From: the human T2T-CHM13v2.0 reference genome, Homo sapiens
DNA: 64,000 nucleotides
Strand: one strand, 5' to 3'
Assembly (NCBI RefSeq): GCF_009914755.1
Contig: NC_060928.1
A program made the translations under genes and the position numbers. Position 1 is the first letter of the stretch; every line of letters starts with the position of its first letter. The notes under the pieces are model-generated. The model was given only the letters and a program-made list of their open reading frames with translations, did not search any database and had not been told where the DNA came from. Shown piece after piece: positions 1 through 14,569 of this stretch.

Positions 1-2110
<2,110 letters not shown>

Positions 2111-2113
<3 letters not shown>

Positions 2114-2207
2114 AGTACAGGAAAAATAAAGTATTTCAATCTTATGGAGCCATTGTTATATATGTGGTTGAGCGTTGACTGGAATGTTGTTATATGGTGC
2201 ATAACTG
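2111..2207 (-). mobile_element. Tigger3/Golem-type DNA transposon terminal fragment
   Basis: AATCTTATGGAGCCATTGTTATATATGTGG...GTTGTTATATGGTGCATAACTG is the CpG-decayed reverse complement of the Tigger3 left end (CAGTCATGCGCCGCATAACG...). It also resembles the copy at 30380. Confidence 0.75.
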
Positions 2208-2422
2208 TGTATGCATGGGACTGTGTATGACACAAAATGGAAATGGAGGTAGCAGATCTTTTGCTACTTTGGTAGCCACTGGGACAGAAGACTGAAAGCC
2301 ACTAGGTCTTAGTAGTTTGGCCTGGCTGAGTTTTCTAAATCTTATAAAGAGAAAAGCCCAGATCTTTCCCTAGAAGCTGCCACCATCTGAAATTGGACCT
2401 CTGGCATTTTAAGATAACTTAC

Positions 2423-2785
2423 TGATGCAGCTTGGCTGTGTCCCCATCCAAATCTCATCTTGAATTGTAGCTCCCATAATTCCCATGTGTTGTGGGAGGG
2501 ACCCAGTGGGAGATAATTGAATCATGGGGGTGGTTTCCCTCATACTGTTCTCATGGTCATCCATAAGTCTCACAAGATCTGATCGTTTTATAAGGGGAAC
2601 CCCTTTTGCTTGGTTCTCATTCTTTCTCTTGCTTACTGTGATGTAAGACGTGCCTATCAACTTCTGCCATGATTGTGAGGTCTCCCCTGCCAGGTGGAAT
2701 TTTGAGTCCATTAAACCTCTTTTTCTGTATAAGTTACCCAGTCTCAGGTATGTCTTTATCAGCAGTGTGAAAACAGACTAATACA
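2423..2785 (+). mobile_element. THE1 (THE1B/C-like) ERVL-MaLR solo LTR
   Basis: TGAT...TTGGCTGTGTCCCCA start and GACTAATACA end. Perfect 5-bp TSD CTTAC at 2418-2422 and 2786-2790. Confidence 0.93.
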
Positions 2786-2799
2786 CTTACGCAGAAGTA

Positions 2800-2902
2800 T
2801 AAGCTCCAGTAAGGTATGGACTGAATCAGCCTTATTTAATGTTGTATTCCCAGCACTCAACATAGTACCTGGTATACAGTGAGTGCTCAATAAATGCTTG
2901 GA
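2800..2902 (+). mobile_element. L2 3' end fragment
   Basis: CCCAGCACTCAACATAGTACCTGG...GTGCTCAATAAATGCTTG is a typical L2 terminus. Confidence 0.7.
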
Positions 2903-3369
2903 GAAAGAAAACGAGAGAGGGGAAGGAAGGATTATTTTTGATTTCTCTTCTGGTCCACCCACCTGCACCTTTCTCCAAGTTGATGATGCCTTTTATCTGT
3001 ACACATCTTCCTCTTCCTCCCCTTTCCCTTTCAGCTGGCAGGAGGACACCTGATAGCAGGAACTTGAACTGCCCTCTTGGGCCATGAAAGAGAAGCTGCA
3101 CTTTGAGGATGACAAAGTAACAAGATCGAATCCTTGTTAAGCCACAATTAAAGCCCTGTATTGCCTCCCAGATTTCTGCATGGGGGAAAGATGTCCATCT
3201 TCTTTAAGTTGTGGTATTTTGGGGTCTCTTTGAAACAGGAGCCTTATTCTTGACTAGTGTGTGTCAAGTACTGACACACTTTAAGAGAAACCATAGTTAC
3301 CAGGATGGTAAAATAATTGACATTTCCCTAATTCATTTCTTAATTTTATTATTATTTTTAAACATTAGA

Positions 3370-3889
3370 TTTTTCAGAAACTCATTTGGCTTAAGGGGGT
3401 TTATTGGGTCATATAACTTAAAAACTCCAAAGGATTTTGGGTCCCAGATATAGTTAAATGCAAGGGTTAAATAACATACATAGAACTCACACTTTATCTC
3501 CATCTCTGGCTTTGTTTTTTTCTGTATTGTGTTGACTCCTAGAAAGGATCTCTCTGTGAGGTGAACCCTAAATCTCTTGGCTTATACTGTCCTTAGAGAT
3601 AGCAGTTCCAGTGGGAAAAAACTCCATATCCCCAGTGTTCCCATCAGAACTGGAGATTGGCCCTCGTTGGACTTTCACTGAATCATGTACCATCTCTGAA
3701 CCAATCACGGTGGCCCGTGGCTCAGACCTGGGACATGCCTCTGCCTTGCAGCTGGGGATGAATCAGTTGTACCTAAACCATGTGCACTAAGGGTGAGAAA
3801 AGAGAGATTCCCCAAAGAAGGTTTAGGGTGCTCTTAGCAGAAAGATAGGAATGAATGCAGACAGGCAACAACTACAAATGTCCACTACA
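3370..3889 (-). mobile_element. Old MLT1 (J/K-like) MaLR LTR
   Basis: CATGTACCATCTCTGAACCAATCACGGTGGCC motif and AAATGTCCACTACA end. Confidence 0.55.
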
Positions 3890-3890
3890 A

Positions 3891-3998
3891 TTTATTTATT
3901 AATTCAACAAATATTTATTGAACACCAAGATTGTGTCTGGCTTTTTCTTAGATGTTGGAGATGTAGAGTGAAGAAAATTCACAAAAATCCCTGCCCTC
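3891..3998 (-). mobile_element. L2a 3' end
   Basis: ATTCAACAAATATTTATTGAACACC...AAAAATCCCTGCCCTC. Confidence 0.75.
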
Positions 3999-4378
3999 TA
4001 TCTTAGTCCATTTGAGCTGCTATAACAAAATACCATAGACTGGTGGCTACTAAACAATAGAAATTTATTTTTCACGGCTCTGGAGACTGGATGTCCAAGA
4101 TCAAGTTGCCAGCAATTTCAGGGTCTGGTGAGGACCCACTTCCTGGTTCATAGATGGCACCTTCTAGCTGTGTCCTTAACATGGCAGAAGGGGCTGGCTA
4201 GCTCTCTAAGGCCTCTTTTATAAGGGAAATAATTCCATTCATCAGGGTTCCACCTTCATGGGGAAGGCTTTCCACCTTCATCTAACAAAAGCCCCATCCC
4301 CTAATACCACCACCGTGGAGGTGCAGATTTCAACATAAGAATTTGAGGGGAAGACACACACATATTCTGTTCATTGCA
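3999..4378 (-). mobile_element. MLT1A-like MaLR solo LTR
   Basis: TCTTAGTCCATTTGAGCTGCTATAACAAAATACCATAGACTGG...GTCCAAGATCAAG...ATTTCAACATAAGAATTTG. Confidence 0.85.
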
Positions 4379-5519
4379 CCTTCCCAGAAAAGTTCTTCAT
4401 ATTCACTAATAATGAATTTCTTATTTCTTTTGTCCTCTTAAAAAGCTTATGTGTACCTTCTTCTGGGATATTACAAAACTAACCAAGGGCTCTAGAATAA
4501 ACTTAAGGCTTACAAAGAAGTGATTTGGGGCTTTTATATTGTGGGGGAAGGTGCAAAGGCTTGGTGGAGTTTTGGTTGTGAGGATGAGAGAGGACTAACA
4601 AAGAATCAAGAAAAAGTCAACGTGATACCCAAACAGTTTAGAAATGGAGTCTGTATATTCTCATATGGCGTCATCTCACCCACAGGAGAGCTCAATTATT
4701 CTTTTTTCCCCCATCCTAATCTTGCAGCACACTTGAAAGGGCTGGAAGAAATCTTACAGTATGACATATGGGCACCAATTAGGCTTTTCTAGGTCTAGGA
4801 AATAAAATACTAACTTCTATAGTTGTTCCTAGTGAAAGATGCAAAGTAATTTGTCTCCTGGAGGAGTATAGAAGCATTTGCAATGGTTTCCTGTTTTGCA
4901 CACTGCCCTTGTCTATGCCAGCTTGTTGTCTTGACAAATTTATTCTCAATAGCAGCAGGACATATGCTTATGATTTTCGGAATGGAGGCACTAGAGATAA
5001 GCTGGAACCTGTCGCTGAAAAATGAACCCCAGTGAAATTTTTTTGTAGCCCCATATTTCAAGATATGTTGGTTATCCTCCAGAAAGTGCCCAAATCAACA
5101 AAATTGATTCAGAGATTTGTGCAAACTTCTGACACATACACAGACCATATTTTAAATGACACATAAACATTGACTTTATACCTCGTCTCTTCGGCCTTGG
5201 CCCTCGTCTCCCCCACCCAACTGCCACAACTTGGCAAATACTGACAACTAGAAGGTTTTTATTTATTTAAACAAATATCTGGTGAAGAAAGAAAGTGGAA
5301 TAGTCAAATTTTGTTTGTGGTTGGGCAGGTGGTGGGGAGCAGGATGGGGAAGAATCAAGAGAAGTCAGCAATGAACTTCATCCTAGTCCAGTAAACACTG
5401 CGGTGTCTTGGGTGACCTGTTATTTCCTTGCCAAAAGCAAAACAAGGGCACAGGCTTGATATAGATGGGGAAAGTTTGTGTATACCCTTTGACTCAACAT
5501 CTCAAAACCAAACTGGTCT

Positions 5520-5692
5520 ATTGTAAGTGAGTTTGCAAGTTGCTTTCTCTCTCTGAGTCTCAGTTTTCCCTATCTGTAAAATGGGGTTAATAATACATAG
5601 TTCTTAAGATTGTTAGAGGACTAGATGATGTATCCCACATAAAGCATTAAGTATTCTGGCAGGCACATAGGGAGTGCTTAGTAAAAGGTAGT
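5520..5692 (+). mobile_element. MIR SINE
   Basis: Core TCTCTGAGTCTCAGTTTTCCCTATCTGTAAAATGGGG plus 3' GGCACATAGGGAGTGCTTAGTAAA. Confidence 0.8.
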
Positions 5693-6189
5693 GCATGCAC
5701 ACACACACACACACACGTGTTCACACAAACCCACACAATGTCCTGATTATGGAGTTTTGCATGTCATCTTTATATAGTTGAACATTGGGCCTGTGACTAC
5801 AGTCCTTCCACAGATAGGTGTCCTAACCATCTGTAGGCTCAATGTAAGAGCCACCCAGGTGTTTGAGTGACAGAATTATTCAGAGAAACCCACTTCAAAC
5901 CTAGACAGAGACAGCTCTCCTTAATGACTCAGAGCATCTGCTTTCTAGCCCCAAAGAGGCCATTTAGATAACAAAGGCAAATCTGAGATGTGAAATGGCT
6001 GATAGCAGCCCCCAAATAGAGCAGGTGTGGGGTGGAATAAAAGCCCTCTGTTGTCCATCAGTGTCAGCAGCACCTCTGTGTGAACGGTGGCGCTGCTGGA
6101 GCCTCCCATATAAGGCAGGAGATGGAGCTCAGGAGCCAGGGAGTGGGGCTGGAAAGCTGGTGAACAGAAGGTCACTGCTCAGCCACCAA

Positions 6190-6340
6190 GCTGATGAGAC
6201 CTTGAGAGGAACGTTACCCTACAGCCTCATTTGCACAGGAAGAAACCGAGGTTAGCAGAGATTCAGTGAGTTGCTGGAGATCTACTGTGAGATGGAGGCA
6301 AAACTAAGAAAAGGAACTCAGTTCTCCTGCCTCTAGCCCA
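6190..6340 (-). mobile_element. MIR SINE fragment
   Basis: CCTCATTTGCACAGGAAGAAACCGAGGTTAGCAGAG is the reverse MIR core. Confidence 0.6.
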
Positions 6341-6499
6341 GTCAGTTACTTCTCCTGTACCTCCTGGGGTCATCCCACCTGGTCAGAGCTTGAGAGTATT
6401 TATTCTGAGCAATTATCCAGAGCAAGGAGAAGAAAACTGCCAAGGAAGGAAGAGAAAGGAAAACTCTTTTTTAAAAAATGGGGGGACAAGTTATTTTTT

Positions 6500-8420
6500 A
6501 AATATAAAATTGAATCATACTTACTAAACAGTTCAGTACTATAAAAAATAAGAAGTATGAATCTCATGCTCTTCATCAAACACAGCCTCCCCCATCCCAT
6601 TCACCAGAGGTAAAAACTGTTAACAATTTTTAGTATGTCTTCCAGACTTTTCCTAGAGATTTATATTTATATACTTTTTTAAAAACACAGATGAGATTAC
6701 ACAATACATACTCTTCAGAAGGTTGCTTTTTTATTTAATATGCTACAGCTACCTTTTGGTGTTTATACTCATTGTTAAAATGGATCTACTGTGTTTCATC
6801 ATGTGGGTGTAACATGATTTATTTAACTGGTTCTCTAGAGATGGGCATTGAGCTTGTTTCCAGCATTTTTCTCACTAGTACAAACAGCAGTAAGCATCTT
6901 GTTCAAATACCCTTGTGCAAGTGTGTGAGCATATCTTTCCTAAATGTTTTAGAGTTAGGTCTAAAGGCATACACATTTTAAATTTTAATAGATTTGACTC
7001 ACTATACTTTCAAAGACTGAATCAATTTGTGCTTTCACCCAAAGTTATCCTTTCCCTACCCTCATCAACACTTGGTGCCAGCCATCTTCATACAGTTTTC
7101 CTTATGTTGTTTTCATGGATGTTCCTGAATTCCAAGTAGAGTTGGGCATCCATTTGTATTGTGAATTGCCACTTGTACTTCCTTTATAATGAGCTGTCTT
7201 TTATTATGAGCTGCTTGCTTTTATCTTTGGTCCGTTTTTCTCCTTGGTTTTCACCTGTTTTTCTTTTTGGCTTTGTCAATCAAGAAAAATGACCTCGACA
7301 AGTCTCAATCATTTTAGGGGGCTTATTTGCCGAAGCTAAGGATGTGTGCCTGGGAGACAGGTCTATGCCTTTCTTCGAATATGATTTTGAGGGCTTCAAA
7401 TTTAAAGGGGAAAAGAAGGGGATATTGAGATATACACAATTTGCATGCAAGAGGGGCAGTAGGGGAAAAAATAGTCACTTATGCCTTTGTCTGGCTCAGT
7501 GAATGTGAATTTTTACATATGATAGCATAGACAATAGGGCAGAGGAAACAATAAGATATGCGTTTGCGTCAGGTGGGCAGAGGGATGACTTTGAGTTCTG
7601 TCCTATGTCCCCACACCTGTGAAGATAAGCTATCAATTTATATTGCCATGGTGAATTTTAACAGAAATGCTTTAAGGTAAAGATCTTGGGGCCCACAAGG
7701 AATTTCCTTGTGGGCAAACTATGAGGGAGATGTGTAGCTTTTCATCGTGTAGCCATCTTATTTAGGAAAAAAAGTGGGAGGCAGGTTTGTGTGACCCAGT
7801 TCCCAGCTTGATTTTTCCCTTTGGCTTAGTGAGTTTGGGGTCCCAAGATTTATTTTCCTTTCATAGCTTATAGTAGTAAAATTAAATAAATCAATCTTTG
7901 TCTACAATATGGGTGACAGTAACATTTCTCAGTTTATTGTTTTGTCTTTGGGCTTTGTTTTGCTCTGTTACATTTTATGTGATCAAATTTATAAATCTAT
8001 TCTTCATAGCTTCTGGGTTTTATGTCACACTTTAAGAGATCTTTATTATTCCAAGAAAATAAAATACTGCCTTTATTCTAATGCTTTCATAATTTTTTTT
8101 ATGTTGCAAAAATAGACCAAGATGAAATTTATTTTAGGTAAGAAATGATGTAAGGATTCAGCTTCCTTTTTTTCTCTCTCTCTCTCCTGTCTCTTTCTTT
8201 TATCCCCTCAGATCACTAGTCTATTGTCACACTATTTATTTATTTATTTATTATTTGACCCTTACCTGAAATGTCACCATTTTTACAAATCACATTCCCA
8301 TTCATACTTAAGTATTTCTCTGGGCTCTATTTTGTTCCAGTAATCATTCTGTCTCTTCATGTACTAATATAATTTTGTCTCAAATACTGCAGGATCATAA
8401 TACATTACTAGTTTCTATTA
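6500..8420 (-). mobile_element. Very old L1 (L1ME-like) fragment, interrupted by a MER4 LTR
   Basis: T-rich antisense L1 3' features (CCCATTCACCAGAGGTAAAAACTGTTAAC; ATGGGCATTGAGCTTGTTTCCAGC). Sequence of the same character resumes after 7869. Confidence 0.6.
7274..7865 (-). mobile_element. MER4A-like ERV1 solo LTR
   Basis: Ends GGGGTCCCAAGATTTATTTTCCTTTCATA, the reverse of TGTGAAAGGAAAATAAATCTTGGGACCCC. 4-bp TSD GCTT at 7270-7273 and 7866-7869. Confidence 0.85.
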
Positions 8421-9360
8421 GGGCTATCCTCACATAGCTTCCATAAAATAAAGTTTGTTTGTTTGTTTATTCATTTTTAAAAAGGACCCTGGTTATGCCT
8501 CAAAGAAAAGACATAGTGATAATGATCTAGCATTATATTTTACAAAATCTACTCCACATATATTTTTCAGGTTTCTGCTCATATATATGAGCAAAATCAT
8601 GCAGTGTATATAAGTCATTTCCTCCTGGGTCATCATATGTTCCTGATCTGGGGCACACTGTGATTTGAACCTAGTTATTGGTGTAGTGGCAACGGGGGCA
8701 GTTGTTGTAGTCTTGTGGAAAATGAGCATCCCCTCGGAACATTGCTATCCCAGCGGAGGTTACTGCAGGGCTTTCAACCAAAGAAAGCGTGGTCTCCCCA
8801 AACACAGAAGAACAAGCAAGGGAGGCTCAGAGTGACGTGGGTGTGTTTAGAATCAGTTCTAACCTGATGCCTCACTCCAAGTTTCAGTGTCTCATGCTTT
8901 CCCATTTGATTTCCTATCTTTTACATCAGAAATTTGGCAAGGCTGTGAATCCAACTGAAATTGTAATTCTGCAAGCCTCCCAATTAAATTTTATGTTTGA
9001 TTTTTATCAATATCAGCCTGTGGCCATAATAAATAAAAGATTATTTTTGGGCTGCCCTAGAAATGTCTAGTTTGCCACTCATGACTTGAACTGAAAATTA
9101 AAGGAATTTTAGCCTGTCATTTGCTTTCTGTAAATGCTACAGTACACTCCAGAGGATCCATCCAACATCATAGTCCTTGCTTTAGTTTGCACTTCATCAC
9201 AATTACCATAGTTTGATTAATTGCAAAGCTATTACCTGCCATGGATTATTAGTATCAATTTCCCACTGGCAAAGAAATTGTCTCTGCACTGAAGCCTAAA
9301 ATCATGATCAAACTAGTACCAAATCTCATGTGTGAGGGTCTGTCTTTTAGGACCACTACT

Positions 9361-10175
9361 GGTATCAATTCTGTAAGGTCTAGTCAGGAGATAGCTACAC
9401 ACCAGTAATTTGAACAGAAAAAATGTAATATACAGAATTATGAGCTAGTAAAATGCAATTAACTACTAAAAGAGAACTAGAGAATATAGAGAAGAAGCTC
9501 CTACCTCTAGAATGGAGAGAACATAACATAAAGAATTAAGAACATGAAAGAAGGTCCCTCCTCCAAGGCTGAATTCAGCCCTCAGTGGGTATCTTGTGGC
9601 TGACACAGAAACATGTAGCCTCTCAGTGGTAAAGAAACTTGTCAGAAAGTTTGGCCAGAGCTGGTCTGTAGGAACAGCTTGCTAGGTGGTTGAGACACTC
9701 TAGAAGGTGCAGGCAAGCTGCAGCTGGTTTGCAGGAACTGAAACTGGGTGGCTAAGTTCACTGGAGCGAGCTGGTGGGCTGAGCTGGAGAGCAGGACATG
9801 GCCAGCTGGGGTACCAGGGGACTGGAGCTGACTTATAAGAAACAACCTGCAGGCAGCTGAGGGGTCACAGCTGGTCTACAGGAAGTGGTCTGCTGGGTGC
9901 AGGAGAAACTCACTAGAGAGTGAACGACTTGGGCCTCCTGTCTGCCTGTTTGCTGACAGCTGTACCATAAGAGAGTAAGAGCACCATAACTGAAGATAAG
10001 CCTCTTCCTCTGCTATGACCTTACAGCAACACCCCAGTACCCTCTATTGACAATTAGGCTAACACTTCAGCAGTTGGGAAAGGAGAAATGTTTACAGGGT
10101 CCAGTCCCGCTACCACCAATAGAGCAAAGATGGATGCATTTGGAGCTGAGAGGAAATGGGTTGATAACTGGCACA
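9361..10175 (-). mobile_element. ERVL solo LTR, LTR41/LTR52-like
   Basis: Right end AAAGGAGAAATGTTTACAGGGTCCAG...TTTGGAGCTGAGAGG...ATAACTGGCACA. Left end GTATCA...GGTCTAGTCAGGAG. Confidence 0.65.
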
Positions 10176-10737
10176 ACTAGTATGGATTATGTTTGCCAGT
10201 TTCAGGATCTCTATTCTGATGGTCTGGAGATCTCTTATATTTGATGATCATCCACTGTTAATAAGGGAAACACCCAAACCCTTTAACCAACGTGGTGCTT
10301 CATTTTCTCGGGTTTCCTGTGCCTCTCCACATAAGGGCCTTTAAAATCTACAATGTCAGCAGCTTCAGTGCTCAGACTCATGGTCCATTTGCAAGGACAG
10401 CTGGTGAAATAAATAACATCTTTGTGGAAAAAGACAGAAAATAATGAAATAATATAAATCAAAACAAAGAGATCACCATAACCAGAGAATGGGATGCTAA
10501 GTGAGAGTCCGTTTCCTTGAGTGCTAGCTGGAAGCCAGCATGTAAGGAAGACTGAACTGAACTCATAATGTCCCCAGGACACTGTGAGTGGAGTGATGAA
10601 CATAAATTATTTTCTTCAGTTCCTGTGATGAGAAATATGACTCCTAGTTAAGATAGTTGGCAAAATTCAAGATATCAACTATGGATTGTGCCTGTTTTAA
10701 CGGTAAAGCAGCACTTGCCATTAATACAGCGGATGTT

Positions 10738-11030
10738 GGCCAGGCACAATGGCTCACACCTGAAATCCCAGCGCTTTGGGAGGCTGAGGTGGGAGGATCA
10801 CCTGAGGTCAGGAGTTAGAGGCCAGACTGGCCAACATGGTGAAATCCTGTCTCTACTAAAAATACAAAAATTAACCGGGCATGGTGGCACACACCTGTAG
10901 ATTCAGCTACTTAGGAGTCTGAGGCACAAGAATCGCTTGAGCTTGGGAGGCTCAGTGAGTTGAGACCACACCACTGCACTCCAGCCTGGGTGACAGAGCG
11001 AGACTCCGTCTCAAAAAAAAAAAAAAAAAA
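10738..11030 (+). mobile_element. AluS-type SINE with short right-arm deletion
   Basis: Dimeric Alu with A tail. TSD AATACAG(C/T)GGAT on both sides. Confidence 0.95.
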
Positions 11031-11032
11031 TA

Positions 11033-11229
11033 CAGTGGATCTCAGAATAGGAAACCCCGTCTCCCAGACTAGCAGTGTCAACGTCACCCAGGAACTTACC
11101 AGAAATGCAAATTCTCAGACCCCACCCACACTTACTGAATCAGAGACTCTGGAGCTGGAGTCCAGCAATCAGTGTTTTAATAAGCCCACCAGGTGATTCT
11201 GATGTGTATTAATATTTGAGAACCACCGG
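11033..11229. mobile_element. MER5A (hAT-Charlie) MITE
   Basis: AGAAATGCAAATTCTCAG...TACTGAATCAGAGACTCTGG...TTTGAGAACCACCG. Confidence 0.85.
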
Positions 11230-11249
11230 TTTAGAGAGATATAAATTTA

Positions 11250-11800
11250 AGACTTGGTTTTTGGCAAACCATTTAATCTGTGCCTCAGTTTCATCATCTG
11301 TGACGGCTGCACCTTAATGATAACTACCTTATAGGGTTGTAGTGAAAATTACATAATAAAATCAGAGTAAAGAGCATATAAAAGTGCCTTCCACAGAGCA
11401 TTCAAAAACTTTTTTTCAATCACCTCTTAAGACTTAATACAAATTTAAGAGACCAGTGTTTTTAAAGAGTTTAGCATAGTAAATATCAGGCACATAATAA
11501 ATAGTATGCCCTCAATAATGCTAGCTATGGTATCAGTGGTAGTGGTAGTAGTAATATAACATTTAACATCTATATTGTACTTACCTTGTACTACGCATCC
11601 TTATAAGCCCTTTTTATGTTATGTTTTAACACTTAAAACCACTCTATGAGATAGGTATAGAACAATTATCACCACTTTTGAGCTGAAGGAACCGAGGTAC
11701 AGAAGGTTTATTTCCAAAGACTACTTAGCTATTCAGTGATAAAACAAGGATCCCAAATCAGATCGTTTCATTTCAGAGTCTGTGTTTTTAGGCACTAATC
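11250..11800. mobile_element. Cluster of MIR fragments (two on +, one on - at ~11555-11800)
   Basis: TCTGTGCCTCAGTTTCATCATCTGT on +; CACTTTTGAGCTGAAGGAACCGAGGTACAGA on -. Confidence 0.65.
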
Positions 11801-12611
11801 TGGAAAGATACAGAAGACAGAGAGAGAGGGGAATAAAAAAAGGGAAGGGGAAAGAGACTATGCCATTTTATACTATAAATTTTAAAAAGAAGTCTTTTTT
11901 TCCAAAAATGGAAACCATAATATTGCAGAATTTGCAGCCAAAAAAATGATGAATGGTGTTGCCTCCAGCCCGAGGTTCCAGGGAGGGGGAGAAAAATATC
12001 CAGCCGAAGCCCCTGGGAGTAGTGGGGGTTGGGGGGTTGGCCTGTTCTGGGCTTACATCTTTTTCACTGGTAATGATCTGGGAGGCAGGAAAACATTACC
12101 TGTCAGTGTCATTGGAGTTGGTGCTGTTGCAAAATAGCAAGATATAGAAAAGAATCAAATACTGAGAACTTAGAAATCTTGGCAGACTTGGGCCAAAATG
12201 TGCAGTAACATAATGCCAAGGGGCCTTGAAGGAGGGGACAGGGGAGAACAGGTGAAAACTCAAAGTTCTTTCAGTCTGCTGTCACACTGTGGACAGAACA
12301 GCTGCTGCTCCCCCAAAGAGCCAAGGTCACCGTGGGTAGAAATTGGAGAGGCAATGCCCAAAACGTGGGGAAAGAGACAAGCCCCTTTTCCTTCTTCCCT
12401 CCCAGCCTGCAGGGGCACACCTGGAGTATGGCCTTTTGTAAGTTCAGGGAGACCTCAAATATAACTACATTTTCTAAATATGTCAGGGAAAAGAAACTAC
12501 AAAAGATTGAAGTAGAGAAGAAGGAAATTCTTAGGTATGAGAATTATGTAGGCTGGGAATGACTGGAAGGCAGCGAGACCTATTGGTTAGTGTAGGATAA
12601 GGTGAGCAGGA

Positions 12612-12905
12612 GAGTTTCAATTCAGTTCATCTGTATACATTACATGCCTACTATGTGTTAATTACTCTTTAGGTTTTGGTAAAATAGAGATAAAGAAAAC
12701 ATGGTCCTGTCCTGAGATGTTGCCAGTCCAATGCAGGGGGAGAACTATAGATAGATAATTACATACACCACAAAAAAAATGGCCATAAGAGGATGTCCTG
12801 AGAACACAGAGCAGGGGTATGTAACCCAGTCTAGGTACAGAAGACAGCAGCTATCAGGGAAGCCTTCTTGGGAGAGGCAGTGCTTGAGCTGAGTCTTAAA
12901 AAGAT
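12612..12905 (-). mobile_element. L2 fragment
   Basis: TGCCTACTATGTG...CATGGTCCTGTCCT...CAGGGAAGCCTTCTTGGGAGAGG...TTGAGCTGAGTCTTAAA. Confidence 0.7.
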
Positions 12906-12911
12906 CAGGCG

Positions 12912-13760
12912 TATATCAGTTAGAATGCTTTTGGCTGCATGTAGTAAAAACCTAAACTCAATAGCCTTACATGATAAAGGTACTTATTACATAACATAAT
13001 ATAGAGTCTAGAGATATTGCAGGCTCATTAATTCAACAGTTGGACAATGTTATAAAGCAGCAGCTCCCAATCTTTTTGGCACCAGAGACAGGTTTTGTGG
13101 AAAACAATCTTTCCACAGGCTAGGTTGCAGGATGGTTTCGGGATGAAACTGTTACACCTCAGATCATCAGGCATTAGTTAGATTCTCATAAGGAGCATGC
13201 AAACTAGATCCCTCACGTGCACAGTTCACAACAGGGTTCGTGCTCCTTTGAGAATCTAATACTGCCACTGACCTGAAAGGAGGTAGAGCTTAGGTGGTAA
13301 TGCTTGCTCCCCCACTGCTCACTTCCTGCTGTGTGGCCCAGTCCGTAGCCCAGGGTTGGGGACTCCCGATATAAAGGACCCGGTTTCTTTCATCTCTGTT
13401 TTGCCTTCCTCCATGTATTAGCTATGTTCCCAAATTGCTATCCCTCGTGGTCATAAGATGGCTGCAAAAACTTCACACATCACATCTGGACACACCTATG
13501 TCAAGAGAAAGAAAAGGGTACTTCCCTTTCTGTTTCTTTCTTCTAAGGAAGTAAACATTTCTCAGAAGCCTCCTCATGACTTTCCCTCATATCTCATTGT
13601 CCAGAATGGTTATTTATGGCCACACCCAATCCATTCCCTGGGGAAACAAGGAATAAAACCACCCTAATTAACTTAGACTGTTGAGATCCACCACCCAGAA
13701 GAATGGTTATTTAAACAAAGGCAGTAAGGATCTAGATTGTGGAGGATGTTGTATGAGCTC
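12912..13760 (-). mobile_element. Old MLT1 LTR split by MER1B
   Basis: TATCAGTTAGAATGCTTTTGGCTGCA start. After the insertion: CATAAGATGGCTGC and TCTCATTGTCCAGAA motifs. Confidence 0.6.
13058..13368 (+). mobile_element. MER1B (hAT-Charlie) DNA transposon
   Basis: CCCAATCTTTTTGGCACCAGAGAC...AGATTCTCATAAGGAGC...GGTTGGGGACTCCCG. 8-bp TSD TTATAAAG (13050-13057) / ATATAAAG (13369-13376). Confidence 0.9.
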
Positions 13761-13794
13761 TATTTAATAGGGTGGGTATTTACAAAAGTCCCCT

Positions 13795-14562
13795 TTTTTA
13801 CTTTAATAGTTTTATTCAGATATAATCGACATATTAAAAAATCATACATTTAAAGTATACAATCTGATAAGTTTTGACATTTTATATATATATATATATT
13901 TGTGAAACTGTCATCACAATCAAGATATTATAATAAACACAGCCATCACCCTCAAAGGTTTTCTCCTGTCCTTTCATAATTTTTCCCTCATGCCCCTGCC
14001 CACCCATCCCACCCCACTGCTTCATTCCAAGGTAACCACTAATTAACTTTCAATCCCTTTAGGTTAGTTTGTGTTTTCCAGAATTTATATAAATGGAATA
14101 ATTGTGTGTATGTACTTTTTTTGTTTGACTGCTTTCACTCAGCAACATTATTTAAAATTTACTTATGCTTTGTGTGTACCAATAGTTGATTCCTTTTTAT
14201 TGCTTAGTAGAATTCCATTGTGTGGATATACTACAATTTTGTTTATCTATTTACCTGTTGATGGACATTTGGGTTGCTTCCAGTTTGGGCTATTACAAAT
14301 AAAACTGCTATGAATATTCATGTAGATGTCATCAAACAAATGCTTTCAGTTCCCTTGAATAAGTCTCTAGGAAAAGAATGTCTCACTCATATAGTAGGTG
14401 TACCTGTAACTTTCAAAGAAATTGTCATACAGTTTTCTAAGGAGATGGTACCATTTTGCATTCCCGCTAGCAGTGTATGAGCATTCCAGTTGCTCCCCAT
14501 GCTCACCAACATTTGGTATAGTCAGTATTTTCAATTTTAGATTTCTAGTAGGGGTAAACAAT
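13795..14562 (-). mobile_element. L1MB-type 3' fragment
   Basis: TTTAAAGTATACAATCTGATAAGTTTTGACA 3' UTR. Antisense ORF2 end (ORF 14367..14561 contains TASGNAKWY). Confidence 0.8.
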
Positions 14563-14569
14563 TCTTTTT

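Noticed and set aside
11960-12045. G-run cluster as a promoter or G-quadruplex
   Set aside because: Few CpGs, no island or core promoter elements; such G-runs are common.
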